From NCBI RefSeq assembly GCF_030144855.1, contig NC_082739.1, positions 44,082,001 to 44,146,000 on the forward strand: a DNA stretch of 64,000 nt. The letters run 5' to 3'. A program made the position numbers and the translations under genes. Origin of the DNA: Hypanus sabinus (Eukaryota). How positions within the stretch are numbered: position 1 is the first letter of the stretch; each line of letters begins with the position of its first letter. Under the pieces are notes generated by a model. That model was not told the origin of the DNA and did no database searches. It saw nothing but the letters and a program-made list of their open reading frames with translations. Shown here piece after piece: positions 37,790-50,324 of this stretch.

Positions 37790-40460
37790 AGAAGAAAATT
37801 GTACACATGAGAAATTTTGCAGATGCTGGAAATCCAAAACCAACACAAACAAAATGCTGGAGGAACACAGCAAATCAAGCAGCAGCCATGAAACTGAACA
37901 AAGAATTGATGTTTCAGGCCAAGACCCTTCTTCTGGGCTGGAAAGGAAGGGGGAAAATGCCAGAATTTAAAAATGGGGGAGGGGAAGGAGGATTGCTCGA
38001 AGGTGATAGGTGAAGCCAGGTGGGTGGGAAAGGTAAAGGGCCGGAGAGAAAGGAATCTGATAGGAGAGGAGAGTGGACTATAGGAGAAAGGGAAGGAGGA
38101 GAGGCACCTGGGGGAGGTGATAGGCAGGTGAGAAGAGGTAAGAGGTCAGAGTGGGGAATAGAAGAAGAGGGGAGGGAATTATTTTTACAAGAAGGAATAA
38201 TCGATATTCGTGCCATCAGGTTGGAAGTTACCCAGACAGAATTTAAGGTGTTGCTCCTCCACCCTGGAGGTGGTGTCATCATGGCACAAGAGGAGGCCAT
38301 GGACTGATAGGTTGGAATGGGAATGCGAATCAGAATCAAAATGTTTAGCCACATGGAAGCTCCGCTTTTGGTGGATGGAGCAGAGGTGCTCAATGAAGCA
38401 GTTTCCCAATTTACAGTGGTCTCACCAATGTAGAGGAGGCCAAATCTGAAGCGCCAGATACAATAGACAACCCCAGCAGATTCGCAGGTGTTTGGGGCCT
38501 AGAATGGAGGTGAGAGGAGGTGAATGGGCAGGAGTAGCACTTTGGCTGCTTGCACGGATAAGTGCCAGGAGGGAGGAAAGTGGGGAGGGACACAAATTGG
38601 TGGGGGACTGCGGGAAAGGTGAAGATATGCTTGGTGGTAAGGTCCCTTTGGAGATGGCGGAAATCCCAAAGAATGACATCTTGGTTGCAGAGGCTCATGG
38701 GGTGGTGGGTAAGGAGAAGAGAAACTCTATCATTGTTAAGGCGGTGGGAAGATGGGGTGAGATGTAGTTGAGGGTGGAGGAAGGGAAACACCATTCTTTG
38801 AAGAAGGAGAACATCTATGATGTCCTGGAAAGGAAAGTCTAATCCCAGGAGCATATGCAGCAGAGACAAAGGAATTGAGAAAAGGAAATAGCATTTTTCA
38901 GAAGACGGGGTGGAAGAGGTACAGTTAAGATAACCGCAGGAATGAGAAGGTTTATACAAGATGTCAGTCAACAGTTTGGCTCCAGAGATAGAAACAGAGA
39001 TTAAGAAGGGGGAGGGAGGTGTCAGAAATGAAGCAAGTGAATTTAAGGCAGGATGGAAGTTGGAGGCATAATTGATGAAACTGAAGAGCTCAGCACGGGT
39101 GCAGGAAGCAGCACCAATGCAGTCATCAATGTAGCCGAGGAAGAGTTGGGGAGCACTACAAGGGAAAGCTTGGGACGTGGACTGTTCTATGAAAAGGCAG
39201 GCATAGCTGAGGTCCATGTGGATGTCCATGGTTATCTCTCGAGTCTGGAGAAAGTGGAAGGAGCAAAGAAAAAAATTATTGAGGGCGAGAACCAATCCTG
39301 CAAGATGGAAGAGAGTGGTAGTGGAGAGAAACGGGTTTGTTCTTTTATTAAGAAGTAGAGAGCTTCAAGGTCTATTTGATGGGGAATAGAAGTGTATAGG
39401 GACTGTATATCCATGGTGCAAATGAGGTGGTCAGGGCCAGGGATTTGAAAGCTGCTGAGGAGATTGAGACCATGAGAAGTGTTGTCGGTGTATGTGGGAA
39501 GGGACTAAATCAAGGGAGATAGAATGGATAGAATCAAGGGAGATAAAACTTGTGTGAGGATACAAGTTCAGTGGGGACGGAGCAGGCAGAGACAGTGAGC
39601 CTACCCGGACTGTCCGGTTTGTGGACCTTGGGTAGGAGGTAGGAGTGAGCAGTGCAGGGTAAGGGAACTATGAGTTTGGCGGCAGCAGATGGGAGTTCTC
39701 TAGAGCTGATGAAGTCAGTGATGGTGTCAGAGACAGTTTCCTGATGGTCTGGAGTGGGATCCTGTTCAAGGGGTAGTTATGTGTCTGAGAGTTGCTGCCT
39801 GCCCTCAGCAAGATAGAGAGGTCAGTGCGTCACATGACGACAGAGCACTCCCCTTGTCTACGAAGTTGATGGGATTGGTGAAGAGAGAGTGGAGGGCAGT
39901 GCATTCATAAGGGGTAAGATTCAAGGAGGAGAGAGGAGTGCTGAAGTTGATGTCTCATCGGCTATTCAAGATGAAAAGATCCAGAGCAGACAGAGAAAGA
40001 GAGCGGGGTGTCCAAGAAGAAGAGGAGGAGGGTTGGAGATGGGAGAAGGGGTCATCAATGTGGGGTGTGTAATTCTTGCCAAAAAAAGTAGGTATGGAGG
40101 CAGATGCGACAGAAGAAGAGCTCGGTGTCATGGCGAGCATGGAACTCAATGAGGTGTGGGCGAAGGGGGGCAAAGGTGAAGCCCTTTGAATATTTCCTCA
40201 ATGTCTGAGCAAGGATTAGAGCTGAGATTAGAGAGGGGAATAGAATTGGTGGCACCAGTGGAGAGGGGAGGGTTGGGATGTTCAGGGAAGGTGGGGTGGG
40301 AGCTAGATGGAGGCTCCGAGGACCCTTGAGGTGACAGTGGAGCCTGAGAGACACTGGGTGGGAGAGTGATGGTGGGGGAAGTGGAATCCAGGGGCCCTGC
40401 AGCAGCGAGGAAAACCTTGCTCAGGAGGTGCTGGCGGCCAAGGTCCAGGCTGGAGCCAGA
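37790..40460 (-). mobile_element. Penelope-like element (RT plus GIY-YIG endonuclease), long but frameshifted
   Basis: Minus ORFs MDIQSLYTSIPHQ, LALNNFF, YIDDCIGAASCT (RT) and GNCFIEHLCSI...VAKHFDS...LEEQHLKFCLG.QPDG.NIDYS (GIY-YIG); terminal repeat at 37790-37940. Confidence 0.9.
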
Positions 40461-41289
40461 GTTAGAGGCCGCACATTATAGAGAATGTGCCATTTTTAGC
40501 TAGCTTTTACTAGCTAAGCAAAACCTTGTAGATTGAAAGAAAATATGCTTGGCTGCAGAGTGGGAGAAGGCAGAAAGTTGTTTGAGTAGACCTCCAAGGA
40601 TTGCCCTAACAACATTGATAATACTGCACAATGGGGCCTCACTTTGTCCCACACAGATTCAACAGCACGCTTTTTATTATCTGACAATTGCCATTCTATT
40701 CTAGGAGCTGTACTTGAATCCATGCACGTTTGCCTGAAGTTGAGTCTACTGCAGACCACAAGCACAAGCTGTAACAGTGCAAGATCAGCTTTGAGAAATA
40801 GATTCCTATCAGTTTATATTGTGAGTTGTGGAAATGGTATTTGGAGTACGTGACCTGATCAGCCCTTGAGGGTAGCGTTGACTGTTTAACAGTCAACTTG
40901 AAAAATCTTCCCTGAGGAGCAAGCACCCTCCATAAACACATAGTCAACACAATTGGTGAAACTTACTGCCTTCTGACACTAAAGCTTTCAGTGGTACACA
41001 ATTCCATGGTAGCTTCAACAACCTCAAATCTTAATTTAATGACTAGAACTGCTAAATGACTAATGACTAGACCAGTCTCCATTAGGACTGCCAACACTCT
41101 AAGGCTGGCCTGTGGTCACTAACAATTAAAGACAACCCTCTTGAATGCTGCTGTAGATGACTTAGAAGAAACTTGTACTGAAATCCCAAAAAACACTTCC
41201 TTTGAAAGCTTTTGGTAGTTATTTCTAAATTGGAGATGGAATAAATATCTGTTTGACCATCTTAACAGGTCAGAACTTGGAAAGTGGCA

Positions 41290-41465
41290 AATGGAACATA
41301 GAATAAATATATGGGTTGTTTTCTAGCAACAGAGTCTGACAGGAAACCTTTTCGAAGTTTATAAGGTTATGAGAGATATAGAAAAGTAGACAACGAGTAT
41401 ATTTTCCCAGGGTCCAAATGTACACATAATAGTAAAGAGCATGCATTAAGGTGAGAGGTGGTAAG
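41290..41465 (+). mobile_element. CR1 3' fragment, left of the LTR insertion; resumes at 46611-46800
   Basis: EVYKVMRDIEKVD...FPRVQM...RGHALKVRG-type sequence, continuing after 46611 to the tail gttctatgttctatag. Confidence 0.7.
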
Positions 41466-44400
41466 TGATGCACCATCAATAACTCTCGGAGACGTGAGGT
41501 GAGAGATAGGCTTTTATTAGCTGGAAGAAAGCACTGTCAGCAGCAAGAGACCATCACACAGCAGTGCTTCCAATCGCCTTTATACAGGGGTCAGTGGGAG
41601 GAGACACAGGAGCAGTCAGTGGGGGGGGGGGTGTCCAGACAGGTATATGTAGTTCACCATCAATCACCTTTATACCAGGGTCAGTGGGAGGAGCCACAGG
41701 AGCAGTCAGTGGGGAGGGGGGGGGGTGTCCAGACAGGTATATGTAGTTCACCATCAATCACCTTTATACCGGGGTCAGTGGGAGGAGACACAGGAGCAGT
41801 CAGTGGGGGTGGGGGTGTCCATACAGGTATATGTAGTTCACCATCAATCACCTTTATACCGGGGTCAGTGGGAGGAGACACAGGAGCAGTCAGTGGGGGG
41901 GGGGGGTGTCCAGACAGGTATATGTAGTTCACCATCAATCACCTTTATACCGGGGTCAGTGGGAGGAGACACAGGAGCAGTCAGTGGGGGGGGGGGGTGT
42001 CCAGACAGGTATATGTAGTTCACCATCAATCACCTTTATACCGGGGTCAGTGGGGGGGGGGGGTGTCCATACAGGTATATGTAGTTCACCATCAATCACC
42101 TTTATACCGGGGTCAGTGGGGGGGGGGGAGGGGCGTGTCCAGACAGGTATACGTAGTTCACCATCAATCACCTTTATACCGGGGTCAGTGGGGGGGGGGA
42201 GGGGCGTGTCCAGACAGGTATACGTAGTTCACCATCAATCACCTTTATACCGGGGTCAGTGGGAGGAGACACAGGAGCAGTCAGTGGGGGGGGGTGTCCA
42301 GACAGGTATATGTAGTTCACCATCAATCACCTTTATACCGGGGTCAGTGGGGAGGGGGGTGTCCAGACAGGTATATGTAGTTCACCATCAATCACCTTTA
42401 TACCGGGGTCAGTGGGGAGGGGGGTGTCCAGACAGGTATATGTAGTTCACCATCAATCACCTTTATACCGGGGTCAGTGGGAGGGGGGTGTCCAGACAGG
42501 TATATGTAGTTCACCATCAATCACCTTTATACCGGGGTCAGTGGGAGGAGCCACAGGAGCAGTCAGTGGGGGGGGGGGGGGTGTCCAGACAGGTATATGT
42601 AGTTCACCATCAATCACCTTTATACCAGGGTCAGTGGGGGGGGGGGGGGTGTCCAGACAGGTATATGTAGTTCACCATCAATCACCTTTATACCGGGGTC
42701 AGTGGGGGGGGGGGGTGTCCAGACAGGTATATGTAGTTCACCATCAATCACCTTTATACCGGGGTCAGTGGGGGGGGGGGGGTGTCCAGACAGGTATATG
42801 TAGTTCACCATCAATCACCTTTATACAGGGGTCAGTGGGAGGAGCCACAGGAGCAGTCAGTGGGGAGTTGGGGGGGGGGTGTCCAGACAGGTCTATGTAG
42901 TTCACCATCAATCACCTTTATACCAGGGTCAGTGGGGGGGGGGGGGTGTCCAGACAGGTATATGTAGTTCACCATCAATCACCTTTATACCGGGGTCAGT
43001 GGGGGGGGGGGGTGTCCAGACAGGTATATGTAGTTCACCATCAATCACCTTTATACCGGGGTCAGTGGGGGGGGGGGGGTGTCCAGACAGGTATATGTCG
43101 TTCACCATCAATCACCTTTATACCGGGGTCAGTGGGAGGAGACACAGGAGCAGTCAGTGGGGGGGGGGGGGGGGTGTCCAGACAGGTATATGTAGTTCAC
43201 CATCAATCACCTTTATACCGGGGTCAGTGGGAGGAGACACAGGAGCAGTCAGTGGGGGGGGGGGGGTGTCCAGACAGGTATATGTAGTTCACCATCAATC
43301 ACCTTTATACCGGGGTCAGTGGGGGGGGGGGGTGTCCAGACAGGTATATGTAGTTCACCATCAATCACCTTTATACCGGGGTCAGTGGGAGGAGCCACAG
43401 GAGCAGTCAGTGGGGGGGGGGGGGGTGTCCAGACAGGTATATGTACTTCACCATCAATCACCTTTATACCGGGGTCAGTGGGGGGGGGGTGTCCAGACAG
43501 GTATATGTAGTTCACCATCAATCACCTTTATACCGGGGTCAGTGGGAGGAGACACAGGAGCATTCAGTGGGGGGGGGGGGTGTCCATACAGGTATATGTA
43601 CTTCACCATCAATCACCTTTATACCGGGGTCAGTGGGAGGAGACACAGGAGCATTCAGTGGTGGGGGGGGGGTGTCCAGACAGGTATATGTAGTTCACCA
43701 TCAATCACCTTTATACCGGGGTCAGTGGGAGGAGACACAGGAGCATTCAGTGGGGGGGGGGGTGTCCATACAGGTATATGTACTTCACCATCAATCACCT
43801 TTATACCGGGGTCAGTGGGAGGAGCCACAGGAACAGTCAGTGGGGGAGGGGGGGGGTGTCCAGACAGGTATATGTAGTTCACCATCAATCACCTTTATAC
43901 CGGGGTCAGTGGGAGGAGCCACAGGAACAGTCAGTGGGGGAGGGGGGGGGTGTCCAGACAGGTATATGTAGTTCACCATCAATCACCTTTATACAGGGGT
44001 CAGTGGGAGGAGACACAGGAGCAGACAGTGGGGGGGGGGGTGTCCAGACAGGTATATGTCGTTCACCATCAATCACCTTTATACCGGGGTCAGTGGGAGG
44101 AGACACAGGAGCAGTCAGTGTGGGGGGGGGGGGGGGGGTGTCCAGACAGGTATATGTACTTCACCATCAATCACCTTTATACAGGGGTCAGTGGGAGGAG
44201 ACACAGGAGCAGTCAGTGGGGGGGGGGGGGGGTGTCCAGACAGGTATACGTAGTTCACCATCAATCACCTTTATACCGGGGTCAGTGGGGGGGGGGGGTG
44301 TCCAGACAGGTATATGTAGTTCACCACCAATCACCTTTATACCGGGGTCAGTGGGAGGAGAGACAGGGGCAGTCAGTGGGAGGGGGGTGTCCAGACAGGT

Positions 44401-46610
44401 ATATGTAGTTCACCATCAATCACCTTTATACCGGGGACTGTGGGAGGAGACACAGGAGCAGTCAGTGGGATGGGGGGGGGGTGTCCAGACAGGTATATGT
44501 AGTTCACCATCAATCACCTTTATACCGGGGTCAGTGGGGGGGGGGGGTGTCCAGACAGGTATATGTAGTTCACCATCAATCACCTTTATACCGGGGTCAG
44601 TGGGGGGGGGGGGGTGTCCAGACAGGTATATGTAGTTCACCATCAATCACCTTTATACCGGGGTCAGTGGGGGGGGGGGGGTGTCCAGACAGGTATATGT
44701 AGTTCACCATCAATCACCTTTATACAGGGGTCAGTGGGAGGAGCCACAGGAGCAGTCAGTGGGGAGTTGGGGGGGGGGTGTCCAGACAGGTCTATGTAGT
44801 TCACCATCAATCACCTTTATACCAGGGTCAGTGGGGGGGGGGGGGTGTCCAGACAGGTATATGTAGTTCACCATCAATCACCTTTATACCGGGGTCAGTG
44901 GGGGGGGGGGGTGTCCAGACAGGTATATGTAGTTCACCATCAATCACCTTTATACCGGGGTCAGTGGGGGGGGGGGGTGTCCAGACAGGTATATGTCGTT
45001 CACCATCAATCACCTTTATACCGGGGTCAGTGGGAGGAGACACAGGAGCAGTCAGTGGGGGGGGGGGGGGGGTGTCCAGACAGGTATATGTAGTTCACCA
45101 TCAATCACCTTTATACCGGGGTCAGTGGGAGGAGACACAGGAGCAGTCAGTGGGGGGGGGGGGGTGTCCAGACAGGTATATGTAGTTCACCATCAATCAC
45201 CTTTATACCGGGGTCAGTGGGGGGGGGGGGTGTCCAGACAGGTATATGTAGTTCACCATCAATCACCTTTATACCGGGGTCAGTGGGAGGAGCCACAGGA
45301 GCAGTCAGTGGGGGGGGGGGGGGTGTCCAGACAGGTATATGTACTTCACCATCAATCACCTTTATACCGGGGTCAGTGGGGGGGGGGTGTCCAGACAGGT
45401 ATATGTAGTTCACCATCAATCACCTTTATACCGGGGTCAGTGGGAGGAGACACAGGAGCATTCAGTGGGGGGGGGGGGGTGTCCATACAGGTATATGTAC
45501 TTCACCATCAATCACCTTTATACCGGGGTCAGTGGGAGGAGACACAGGAGCATTCAGTGGTGGGGGGGGGGTGTCCAGACAGGTATATGTAGTTCACCAT
45601 CAATCACCTTTATACCGGGGTCAGTGGGAGGAGACACAGGAGCATTCAGTGGGGGGGGGGTGTCCATACAGGTATATGTACTTCACCATCAATCACCTTT
45701 ATACCGGGGTCAGTGGGAGGAGCCACAGGAACAGTCAGTGGGGGAGGGGGGGGGTGTCCAGACAGGTATATGTAGTTCACCATCAATCACCTTTATACCG
45801 GGGTCAGTGGGAGGAGCCACAGGAACAGTCAGTGGGGGAGGGGGGGGGTGTCCAGACAGGTATATGTAGTTCACCATCAATCACCTTTATACAGGGGTCA
45901 GTGGGAGGAGACACAGGAGCAGACAGTGGGGGGGGGGGGTGTCCAGACAGGTATATGTCGTTCACCATCAATCACCTTTATACCGGGGTCAGTGGGAGGA
46001 GACACAGGAGCAGTCAGTGTGGGGGGGGGGGGGGGGGTGTCCAGACAGGTATATGTACTTCACCATCAATCACCTTTATACAGGGGTCAGTGGGAGGAGA
46101 CACAGGAGCAGTCAGTGGGGGGGGGGGGGGTGTCCAGACAGGTATACGTAGTTCACCATCAATCACCTTTATACCGGGGTCAGTGGGGGGGGGGGGTGTC
46201 CAGACAGGTATATGTAGTTCACCACCAATCACCTTTATACCGGGGTCAGTGGGAGGAGAGACAGGGGCAGTCAGTGGGAGGGGGGTGTCCAGACAGGTAT
46301 ATGTAGTTCACCATCAATCACCTTTATACCGGGGACTGTGGGAGGAGACACAGGAGCAGTCAGTGGGATGGGGGGGGGGTGTCCAGACAGGTATATGTAG
46401 TTCACCATCAATCACCTTTATACCGGGGTCAGTGGGGGGGGGGGGTGTCCAGACAGGTATATGTAGTTCACCATCAATCACCTTTATACCGGGGTCAGTG
46501 GGGGGGGGGGGGGTGTCCAGACAGGTATATGTAGTTCACCATCAATCACCTTTATACCGGGGTCAGTGGGGGGGGGGGGGTGTCCAGACAGGTATATGTC
46601 GTTCACCACA
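41466..46610 (-). mobile_element. Solo LTR with 5-bp TSD GTAAG whose interior is expanded into a minisatellite
   Basis: Termini TGATGCACC...TTCACCACA, GTAAG at 41461-41465 and 46611-46615. TTTTATT at ~41509 (AATAAA on the minus strand) gives the orientation. Confidence 0.85.
41575..46608. repeat. G-rich minisatellite/VNTR of roughly 65 units in two classes (~65 bp and ~90 bp)
   Basis: Unit atcaatcacctttataccggggtcagt[gggaggagacacaggagcagtcagt]G(9-17)tgtccagacaggtatatgtagttcacc; the bracketed block is optional. Unit count is estimated from length. Confidence 0.97.
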
Positions 46611-47564
46611 GTAAGTTTTTTCTCATTCACAGTAAGGGATGGGTGCCTAAAATGTCCTTCTAAGTGTGGTATTCGAGGTAAATCCTTAGAGGTGTTTACA
46701 AGGCACATGAAAATGTAATGAAGGTAGGATATAGACACCGTGTAGGCAGAAGGGATTTGTTTAGTCAAATGTTGAGCTACTGTTCTATGTTCTATAGAAG
46801 TAAAATTTAGGTCAAGTTCAGATCATTCATGACATTATTGTATGGCAAAACAGGAAGGACAGGCTGAGTAGCCTATGCCTGTTCCCGTTCCCCTCTTGTG
46901 ATGCCTTCAGGATTTAATCCAACAGGAATTGGCTGCAACCCCACCTGTACAAACCCGAGTAGCAGGTGCGTGCAAAATATTGAGAATGGAATGACCCTGG
47001 AAAGTGAATACACTGTATTCAATAACCTGACTATAAACCAATAGCGCTAGGAATTCCCAGCAAGTCAGGCAGCACTGCGGGAGAAAAACAGATTTAACAT
47101 TTCCCATTCTCAGCGTTAGTTTTTTGTACAGGAACTGCCTCACAGCAGCTATATAATAAAGCAGGGGATGATTAAAATACATTAGAAATAAATGAAATGT
47201 AAGACAGGTATTAATTGCTGCTCTTAAACAAAATGTAAAAGTGACATTTATATTTTTTTGCATTGTTCTAGGTTGTGGATAGCTATGACAGAACATAAAA
47301 TAGTAAAGCTTAGAAATAGGTACTTCAGTCCATTGTGCCTATAGCTACTATAATGTCACATTCAATGAATCCTCTTTGCCTGCATATGATCCATAACCCC
47401 ACATTTCCTTATGTTCATGTACCTGTCTAAATGCCTCCTACCTATCACTTAAATCTGCCTCCACCAACCCCCTGGCAGAAAACTTCAGGCCCTTATCAGC
47501 AATATAAATTAATTGAATAATAATATTAAATATCATACTAAGAATCTCAATAAAACCAGGATAA

Positions 47565-47860
47565 GGCCCACAAGTCCCAGTAGCATAGCGGTTACTGCGC
47601 CAACGGTAAGATCAGGGTTCAATTCTCGCCACTGTCTGTAAAGAATTTGTATGTTCTATCCGTGACAACTTGGTTTTCCTCAGTGTTGGCGACATCCTCC
47701 CACACTCCAACAAAGTTCAGTGGGGATTAGTTAGTTGTTGATATGTTACATTGGAGCAGGAAGCGTGACAATACTTGTGGGCAGCCTCAGTACAGTCCTC
47801 ACTGATTTGATTTGATCTGAAGCAACGCATTTCACTGTATACTTCGTATGTGTGACAAAT
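47565..47860 (+). mobile_element. tRNA-derived SINE
   Basis: agtagcatagcggtta...gggttcaattctcgccactgtctgtaa; same family as 25900 and 62170. Confidence 0.75.
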
Positions 47861-48584
47861 ATTCTTAAAGTTGAGCTGGCAGCATCCCCAACATGTCAGT
47901 GGGAGCTGGCTGGCCAACTCATTGTAAACTAAAATTTCCTTGGTTAGAAACTGGTTCATTTGAAAAGTCTCTTTTGCTTCCTGTTTTATCTTCTCCTTTG
48001 AAAATTATATTTAATCTTAGATCACAAACAGTTCTGAGAAATAATTGTATGGCAGATATTTGCTTGATTTGATGCCAAGTGCACGACTGCAATATTTGTC
48101 TATTGATTTAACCTTGATATATTGATTTAAGAAAATGAGTGGGAAAATGCACATCATGCTGATGTGTGTGGAAGTGAATGAGCATGGAAGTTAAGACTTC
48201 TGCTCTAACACCAATTTTTGATAACTTTTGTGCAATGTCACAATAATCACACCACATGCATTTTGCATATTATTCAGGGGTTGCATGCACCAATGCAAAT
48301 TGCTCTGTCACAGTGCATTCGGAGCTATCTATTCTCTGCACGTAATATTTGAATGTGATGTTTGAGAGAAGCATAAATTGATGAGGGAATTTCTAAGATC
48401 TTATTGAAAGTAGAAGTTGCAGCTCACTTTCTGCAAAGTAATACCTGGCGTATGATTTAAGTAAAGCTTTGTTTGTTACCTAATTCCAGCCAGAGAGCAG
48501 GCTGGAACATTTGGACTGAAGGATCTGTGTGAGCACTTGAGCGCCTTGCAGTAATCTCCAGGACTGACTGACAAGGAGCTAGAC

Positions 48585-49385
48585 CAGGGGTGGGCAAACT
48601 TTTTGACTTGAGGGCCACAAAGGGTTCTAAAATTTGACAGGGGGGCCGGACCAGGAGCAGATGGACGGAGTGTTTTGGTAATACACCTCATAAGAGAAAA
48701 TAAAATATCATGGGATATGTAGAAAACATGTGCTTTAATTTCAATTGAAAATGAACAAATGCATTACAACAAAATATCTGTCTTTGAAGTCCCATGGTAT
48801 TTAGCTATTTATTGAAATGACTTTTAAAACACTGAAAATTAAATGAATAAAATATAGCTTTTTTTAATAGTAACAGTTATTATTTTAAAGCACTGAAAAT
48901 TCTGTTATCCTTCAAGATATTATCATCATCACTCTCCTCCTGACTGTCTTTATTTCAAAAACGGTAGGAGATGCAGGTCTACTTGTCCTGCTCCTTCTTA
49001 TTCAATTGTCCCCGATGCCAAAACTCAACAACGACCCGCACAATGACAGAACAGTGAGAGCACGCCAATATACGGAGCTCTGTGCTCGCAAATCCCCGCA
49101 GGCTATCTCCCTTAGCCGGAACGCTGGCTAATTGTGAGCTGGTTCGGATGTGCCAGGAAATGGGTCGCCACAAGGTCACAAAGTAAAGCGCAAATGTGGA
49201 GTAATACGCTGCACCTCAACAAAGGTCAATGTATATAGAGTGCGTCATCTATTGGGAAGACGCCAGAATTGCGGGTAAAAAACGTTAACAAGGTTTATTA
49301 ATATAATTTCATCAAGTTCTGCGGGCCGGATTAAAAAGCTTAACGGGCCGCATATGGCCCGCGGGCCGTAGTTTGCCCATGCCTG
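48585..49385. mobile_element. Non-autonomous hAT (Charlie-like) DNA transposon, 801 bp, 8-bp TSD AGCTAGAC
   Basis: TIRs CAGGGGTGGGCAAACT / AGTTTGCCCATGCCTG; perfect AGCTAGAC at 48577-48584 and 49386-49393; subterminal GGCCCGC repeats. Confidence 0.93.
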
Positions 49386-49444
49386 AGCTAGACTCAAGGC
49401 TATGTCTGTATTCTCCAGCACTAGCCACCTGCCTGCTGCTTTTC

Positions 49445-49830
49445 AGAACATAAGAAATAGGAGCAGGAGTAGGCCATCTGGCCTGTCGAGTCTGCTCCAC
49501 CATTCAATAAGATCATGGCTGATCTGACCATGGACTCATCTCCACCTATCTGCTTTTTTGCCATAACGCTTAATTCCCCTACTATGCAAGAATCTATCCA
49601 ACCTTGTCTTAAATATATTTTCTAGCCTCCACTGCTTCATTGGGCAGAGAATTTCACAGATTCACTGCTCTCTGGGAAAAGCAGTTCCTCCTCATTTCCA
49701 TCCTAAATCTACTCCCCCCGAATCTTGTGGCTAAAATTCTAGTCTCACCTACCAGAGGAAACAACTTCTCTGCCTCTATCCGTTTCTTAATTTCATGTTT
49801 CTGTAAGATCTTCCCCCCCCATCCTTCTGA
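49445..49830 (-). mobile_element. CR1 3' end
   Basis: Minus ORF FPLVGETRI...RFRMEMRRNCFSQRAVNL; tail reads agaacataagaaataggagcagg on the plus strand. Confidence 0.85.
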
Positions 49831-50324
49831 ATTCATATACAGGGGTATACTGTTCTTCACAAGTGGTGCGGTTGCTGTGATGCGCCGTAAGCCAGGGTAC
49901 GCAAAAATGATCTTTGGAATTAAGTAATTAGCTCAGTTTTGAAGCTACTCGTTTGGTAGCTATTTTAACAACAGATGGCCAGCTGCAGAAATTAGTTTAC
50001 TTTACAGAGCTAGCAAATGTTGATAAGATAAAGATGAGGATTTAAGTGATCAATTGAAAGAAACATATTTTTTACTTGTTTATTTCCCCACTTAGATTAA
50101 CTTTAATATATGTTTATTATGGATCTGAAGCTTTTTGGAGTGGAGAATCAGGGAGTCTCCTGATTAGACTTAATCGGAACTCATTCACAATATGTTGTTA
50201 AACAACACTGATCTGCAAGTTAACTTGGGTGTGGTCACATACTGTACAATATGGCTTAATAGCCATTTGAATGCTGCTAATTGTTGTGACTTCAACTGAA
50301 TCACATGGAAACCAGAACTAAGGA

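Noticed and set aside
38411-39295. 294-aa ORF as a host reverse transcriptase or telomerase-like gene
   Set aside because: It is part of a frameshifted Penelope-like element and drifts out of the RT frame repeatedly.
40870-41270. Possible decayed Tc1-type internal remnant
   Set aside because: No TIRs or catalytic motifs could be read with confidence.
41575-46608. Repeat-spacer appearance suggesting a CRISPR array
   Set aside because: The intervening sequences are not unique spacers but one optional fixed block plus G-runs. There are no cas genes, the context is vertebrate, and the array sits inside LTR termini with a TSD.
41499-46768. Many long ORFs (up to 360 aa; SRQVYVVHHQSPLYRGQW and GGVQTGICSSPSITFIPG repeats)
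   Set aside because: These are translations of the tandem unit; frames switch at random with G-run length and there are no splice or start signals.
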